Made by a program: the position numbers and the translations under genes. From the human T2T-CHM13v2.0 reference genome, Homo sapiens, in NCBI GenBank assembly GCA_009914755.4, contig CP086569.2:14848001-14912000 (forward strand): 64,000 nucleotides of DNA. The letters run 5' to 3'. Shown here in pieces: positions 62,282 through 64,000 of this stretch (positions within the stretch are counted from its first letter, which is position 1; each line of letters opens with the position of its first letter). The notes under the pieces were generated by a model. It had not been told where the DNA came from and did no database searches. It saw only the letters and a program-made list of their open reading frames with translations.

Positions 62282-63132
62282 AATTTTTTTTTTTTTTTTT
62301 TTTTAGAACAAGTCTGTAGGGTTATGTGGAGCTATGGTTCAGGAATCAAATAAATACCTGAAGGAGCAGAATAAGCTCATCTGATTGGCAGGGAAGGGGA
62401 TAGCTCCTGGCAGAGGGTTCAGAATTCTTAAAAAAGAAGAATAAAAAGAAAACACAAAGAGCTTGAAGGTAAAAATTGGATGACAGCTATAGGCAGATAC
62501 AGACTAATGGAAGTAAGCAACAGAAGCAGATTCAAGGGAATTTGCAATTTCCCTTTGTTCTAGGTTTCTGTATTCCATATTTTTTTTTCCTCTGGCCCAC
62601 CTTACTGTCAGAAGCTATCACGAAAAGTCAGAAGCTAAGTTTGTGACGTAGATGTTGGTTAGACATAAATATAAGTTTCTGCTAAACTGGATTATGAATA
62701 CAGAAGAATTTGTCCTACAGACAAGAATAAAATCAACTTAATAGATTCTATGGCATGTCTGGAGAAAAGAAAATTTGGCAATTGCAATCTATCAATATAT
62801 GGCAAGCTGAATGTAAAAGTCAGGAAGTAAGGGATAGTAAGCTGAAATCTATGATCAAGATACAAGTGTTGGTAGTCCCTGAAGGACAAAGAAAACAGCA
62901 TGTTGAATTCTGAGTGACAAAGACCAGGAGGGTTTTCCATTTGGGTTGGATTCCTTGTTTCTTGCGGCTACATAAATTCTCCTATGACATAATCAAGGCT
63001 TATGGAGTAAAACAATCAGTACAGCAAAGGCCAGGAGAAAAAGAAATATTCCATCTAGAGACAGATTGTAGGGATATGGGGAAAAATACAAAGTTTTATT
63101 TTGTTAACAATCTTTATTGCTTATGCAGTTGA

Positions 63133-63158
63133 CTCAAAAAAAAAAAAAAAAAAAAAAG
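63133..63158. repeat. Poly(A) about 25 nt
   Basis: gactcaaaaaaaaaaaaaaaaaaaaaagtt. Confidence 0.9.
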
Positions 63159-64000
63159 TTAAGATCACCTTCCACTCACAGCATCTCCGCATCAATTTGT
63201 GGAGTCTAAAAAGGAAACCCAGTTTATATCCAAGTGTGGGTCTTGATACCTACAAATTTTATTAGCTTTATTCAGAAAATTAACAAATAAAACTTCCACT
63301 GTGAGAAGCTTCCATCTTATAACCTGGAGAGACATAAATATAATTAGTAAACTTTTGTTTCCAAAGCAAGTGTGTTTGTGTTTCCCAAGCAAGATTGGCT
63401 GTTCCCTCCATCCACTGAAAGAACAATCTGTTTACCCCCACTTGGCTTTCTTGCTTTTAACTTCCCTGGGACCTGCCCATGCTAAACTTACCCCAAAGTG
63501 GGTGGTTTGCACAAGAACCGAGGTCAGTGGCCCTCAGTCACAGCGCTACTGACATTTGGAGCTGGATCATCCTCTGTGGTGGGATTGTCTTGGGCCTTGT
63601 GAATATTTTGCAGCATCCCTGGCCTCCATGCACTCGATGCCAGGAACATCACCCTCCCTGGTGACAACTAAAAATGCCTCCAGACGTTGCCTAATGTGCC
63701 CTGGGGGACAACGTCACCCCTGGGTGGGAACCACTGAGCTAGATTGATGCCCTCTGCATAGAAGGATTGTACTAATTCCACAGTGTGGGAGACTTGGCAA
63801 ATTATATCACAACAATTTATTGAAGATGTACACAGCACAATCACTCTAACATACTTTTATTGCCCAGTTAAAAATTCCTCCAGGGGTTGCTACAGATACC
63901 TATCTAGGCTGTTTGAACTCTACCTGACTAGGCATTCAAAATTAATGTGCCTCAAGATGTTACGATCAAACCAATTTGTTTGATCACTATCATTGATGTA

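Overview
This window is primate (human-like) nuclear genomic DNA, not a prokaryotic locus. AluY-type Alus, L1PA elements, an SVA and THE1/MST LTRs are all present. No operons, CRISPR arrays or rRNA/tRNA genes are evident. Well over half of the window is interspersed repeat. This includes two near-full-length, inactivated L1PA elements in inverted orientation (10468..16651 + and 26020..31329 -). It also includes about 14 Alus, six THE1/MST MaLR LTRs and a MaLR internal fragment, two MADE1 mariner MITEs and a MER1-type hAT MITE. There are old L1 3' ends, an SVA composite retrotransposon, and a class-I (gamma-retrovirus-like) ERV pol remnant on the minus strand. Simple repeats include a ~550-bp compound (GATA/GACA)n, (TTTC)n, (CTTTT)n, (GT)n and AT-rich arrays.

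The single convincing protein-coding locus is a compact two-exon gene on the minus strand (CDS 45058..44957 and 44764..44489). It has a canonical GT...AG intron, upstream CCAAT boxes, an AATAAA signal and a 125-aa basic-N/acidic-C product. I recognise this product as a member of the VCX/VCY (variable charge X/Y) family. It lacks the acidic 30-bp/10-aa repeat array that characterises VCX and has a diverged C-terminus.

Immediately 3' of the gene lies a ~940-bp strand-asymmetric (pyrimidines on +, purines on the gene strand) VNTR with a ~26-32-bp unit. Beyond that lies a ~1.2-kb AT-rich higher-order tandem repeat. Together these resemble a CRI-S232-type hypervariable locus that retains the purine-rich VNTR but has no coding VNTR.

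Other notable structures are a 94%-identical local duplication that interrupts the ERV integrase core, and the inverted L1 pair.

All calls are by eye from the sequence and from remembered consensus sequences. No database search was possible.
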